Of a stretch of 64,000 nt of DNA, positions 60,343-64,000 are shown piece after piece. Source of the stretch: the human T2T-CHM13v2.0 reference genome, Homo sapiens; assembly GCF_009914755.1 (NCBI RefSeq), contig NC_060929.1; one strand, 5' to 3'. Each line of letters begins with the position of its first letter. Within the stretch, counting starts at the first letter, position 1. A program made the translations under genes and the position numbers. The notes beneath the pieces were generated by a model. The model did not search any database. It was not told where the DNA came from and saw only the letters and a list, made by a program, of their open reading frames with translations.

Positions 60343-60423
60343 TCATAGTAAGGGGAAATACTGATATTAGGTAGAAATGGAGCCCTCATGAATGGGATAA
60401 GCACGCTTATGAAAGGGACCTCA

Positions 60424-60691
60424 GTCTGGGCGCAGTGGCTCACGCCTGTAATCCCAGCACTTTGGGAGGCTGAGGCGGGCGGATCACCTCAGGTCAGGAA
60501 TTCGAGACCAGCCTCACCAATATGGTGAAACCCCATCTCCACTAAAAATACAAAAATTAGCCGTGTGGGGTGGTATGCACCTATAGTCCCAGCTACTAGG
60601 GAGGCTGAGACAGGAGAATTGAAGTGGAGTTGCAGGAAGCAAAGATCACACCATTGCACTACAGCCTGAGTGACAGAGCAAGACTCTGTCT

Positions 60692-60739
<48 letters not shown>
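60424..60739 (+). mobile_element. AluS element with right-arm deletion and 47-nt A tail
   Basis: Alu body lacking about 20 bp after caggagaatt. A run at 60693-60739. Confidence 0.93.
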
Positions 60740-60742
<3 letters not shown>

Positions 60743-61177
60743 CAAGACTGCCATGGGAGAGTATACAAGTGTAAGTTGGCAGTCTACAATTCAGAAAAGG
60801 ACCTACAACAGAACCCAACGGACCACGCAATACCCTGATGTTGGACTTTCAACCTCCAGAACCATGAGAAATAATTATTTCTGTTAATAAACCACCCAGT
60901 CTATGGTACTTTGTTATAAGAGCCCAAATTGACCAAGACAGGAACCCTTCAGAGCCAAAGCTGAAGAAGCTGGAAGTCCCAGCAGGGGCAGCAGTGAATG
61001 GGAAAAGCAAATAGCCAGTGGGGGCAATGCACCATACTGGAAAAGCAGGTGGTTTTCCATGACAAGCCATGGTGAAGATGAGGATGCTTGGAATATTTAC
61101 GCTACTAGCTCGCTACCAACATTGGAGAAAGAGTTGATTGAAAGTAGTCCAGAGACAGGAACATGTCCTTTACCAGC

Positions 61178-61617
61178 TGTCTTAGGCCATTCTTGCATTG
61201 CTATAAAGAAATACCTGAGACGGGGTAATTTATAGGAAAAGATATTTAATCGCTCCTGGTTCCACAGGCTGTACAGGAAGCATAGAGGAATCTGCTTCTG
61301 TGGATGCGGAATCTGTTACTGTGGATGCGGAATCTGCTTCTGTGGATGCATCAAGAGGTTTACAGTTGTTGCGGAAGGTGAGGCAGGAGCAGACACCTCA
61401 CAGAGTAAAAGCAGGAGCGAGAGAAAGACAGTGGGGGGGAGATGCCACACACTTTTAAATGACCAGATTTCAGGAGAACTCACTATCAGTAAAACAGCAC
61501 TAAGCCATGAGGGATCTGCCCTGTGATCCAAACACCACCTACCAGGCACCACTTCCATCATTGAGGATTACAATTCAACATGAGATTTAGACGGAGACAA
61601 ATATCCAAGCTATATCA
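61178..61617 (-). mobile_element. MSTA/MSTB-type MaLR solo LTR
   Basis: tgtcttaggccattcttgcattgctataaagaaatacctgagac ... attacaattcaacatgagattt ... aaatatccaagctatatca. Confidence 0.88.
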
Positions 61618-62868
61618 GTAGCTGAGGCAGATGTACATCAGCAATATAAGACAAATAAGGCCTACAGGAATACTACACATGAAAATTAAGGCTGTCTTTG
61701 CAATAAAACAGATTAGAAACACATGAAAACAAAGGCCATGGTAAGGGAGAATGAAGTTGAGAACTCATAAGCTAGAGTTCATAAATTTTGGAGCATGGGC
61801 AGGAATATCTGGATGGGAGGATGGCAATTATTATGATAAGGGGAAACGAAGTGAGAAACCACTGATTTTGATCAACAAAAATGCAGATGTACAATAAAAC
61901 TAAAGAAAATTATACCGTACACAAAATTATCAGAGAAATAATGGATGCAATTAACAAGATGCTCAAACAATAGGAAACCATCAAGAATGAGGAGAAATTT
62001 GAAAAAAATACTATCTTGGAATAATAAATATTAAGGGGATCAAAATTTTAGTGAATGGATTAAACAGCAGATTTGACACAATAAAGAAAATTAGAGTAAA
62101 CTTAAACATTATGGTCATAATTGTTAGGATCTAAGGAGGACAAATGCACGTTTTCTTTTCCACCTACTCAAAAGGTTTCTTATTTTGGGCAGTCACTACA
62201 ACATTATATTTCAGATTTTAAGAGATACATTCTTTATGCAAGGAGGACAATTGGCAAGAGTGGGAATACAGGAAGAGATTCAAAGCATTGATAACGGTCT
62301 GTTTAATTCTTTATGCAAATTATGTATTTACAGGCACTCAGTATTGAAGAAAGAGGAGGAAGAGGATGGAAAGAAAGAGGGATGAATGTAGGGAGGAAGT
62401 AAAAGAGGAGAAAATAAATTCATACAGGGAGCAATGATAGTACTATGATCAAATTAAAATGGGAGGAAAAAAGGCGTAATGACAGTGTCATACATTGACA
62501 GTGGGTTGTTTTAGAAAATGAGTAGATATAAAACCATTGGATTATATTAACAAAAGTAAGCCCATAGACTTCTCTTATTCAAATGACTGTTATACACATT
62601 TTTTTAGTTGAGTGGCACCATAGTGAAATAAGACTATATAAGTGGGAGCTTTGGAGTGTGGTATCTTTGTAACACTGAACAATGTAAATGTTCCATAAGT
62701 TTTGGTTTTCTCATTTGAAAAGTAGAAATAATAAGAACTAATAGTGAAAGTAGTAATAGGGATAAAATGAAATGCCAGTAAATCACTCATCATTATGTCC
62801 AGTAACAAAAACAAGTATTTTACAATGAAATATTACACAACATAATGCTTGAGTCTCGTATGTTTTTA

Positions 62869-63185
<317 letters not shown>

Positions 63186-63689
63186 AAGAAAATGCAAATA
63201 CAAAGCAAAGACAAGTTTATATGTATTCCTGAATTTTGTTTGCCTCTCTCTCCTCAATGCATGTTAACAACGACACAAGATAACAGATGGAAGGCAATCC
63301 AGTTTGGGTAGGTTAGCAATTATACATAGAGCTCAGATGGATTGTTATGCCAGTAAAGCAAACTGTCTAAATAACCTGAGACAACCAACAGAAGAAAGAT
63401 TCACACAGTTGGCCGGCCACACTGTGCTTGTGAAGAATCAGGCACTACGTTTGAAAAAGAATTAGGGCCTAAATTGTTGGCATTCTTGCAGATGAATTAG
63501 AACAAACTAGCCTTGAGATGAAAGTTCCGTTCATCCTTGATCAAAGAAGAAGTAGGTAAAGAATTGCCAAATAAATATCTTACAGCCTTAAGTTGTCATG
63601 GAGATTGATCTTAAGTTTCTCCGATATTTTCAAAGTAAGCTAGTTTTATACCTGAAATTTTTCAGAATGCCTGGGTGCTTTTATGAAGA

Positions 63690-64000
63690 TTATTTGAGAA
63701 AATAATTAAAATTACTAAAATGAATAGAACTTTTGCCAGACAGATCAGGAGAAACAAAGAACATAAATTATGACTATTAGGAATGGGAGAGAAGAAAGAT
63801 CATTAAATTTCTATAAGTAGTAAAAAGGCAATAAGAGAATAATATGAATAGCTTTATGCTAATAAATTCAACAAATCAGATGAATCAAATTCCTTGAAAA
63901 TCCCAAATTATTAAATTTTAATCAAGAAGAAAAAGATAACCTGAATAGCCCTGTATTTATTACGAAATCAATTTATAGTTTAAACTTTCCCCCACAAAAA
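63690..64000 (+). mobile_element. Old L1M ORF2 fragment
   Basis: aataagagaataatatgaatagctttatgctaataaattcaacaa...aattccttgaaa...caagaagaaaaagataacctgaatagccct. Confidence 0.8.

Larger units (their letters stand above)
60089..60940 (+). mobile_element. MLT1A0-type LTR interrupted by an Alu monomer and an AluS
   Basis: tattatggactgaatatttgtgccccc ... ggagccctcatgaatgggat ... ggactttcaacctccagaaccatgagaaataa ... gaccaagaca. Confidence 0.8.

Overview
This is primate (almost certainly human) AT-rich genomic DNA from inside a large type II classical cadherin gene on the minus strand, recognised from the peptide as CDH18. It contains two internal coding exons: 33065-32771 (295 nt, most of EC1 and the start of EC2) and 7291-7172 (120 nt, EC2), joined by a 25.5-kb intron. 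The rest is intronic and rich in repeats: about 17 Alus, MaLR LTRs, DNA-transposon relics, L2/MIR, old L1M fragments and a 3' remnant of a gamma-type ERV (env tail plus LTR). There is also an 11.5-kb composite of an L1PB 5' half, a nearly complete HERV-L in the same orientation as the gene, and an L1PA 3' end. I see no new protein-coding system. The most interesting signals are the gene-sense MLT2A LTR upstream of the 295-nt exon, the deletion-type L1/HERV-L junction, a degenerate 26-bp array at ~23 kb, several fold-back (template-switch) scars and two short locally templated duplications. Repeat subfamily names come from my recall of consensus sequences and were not checked against a database. 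Repeat boundaries are approximate.
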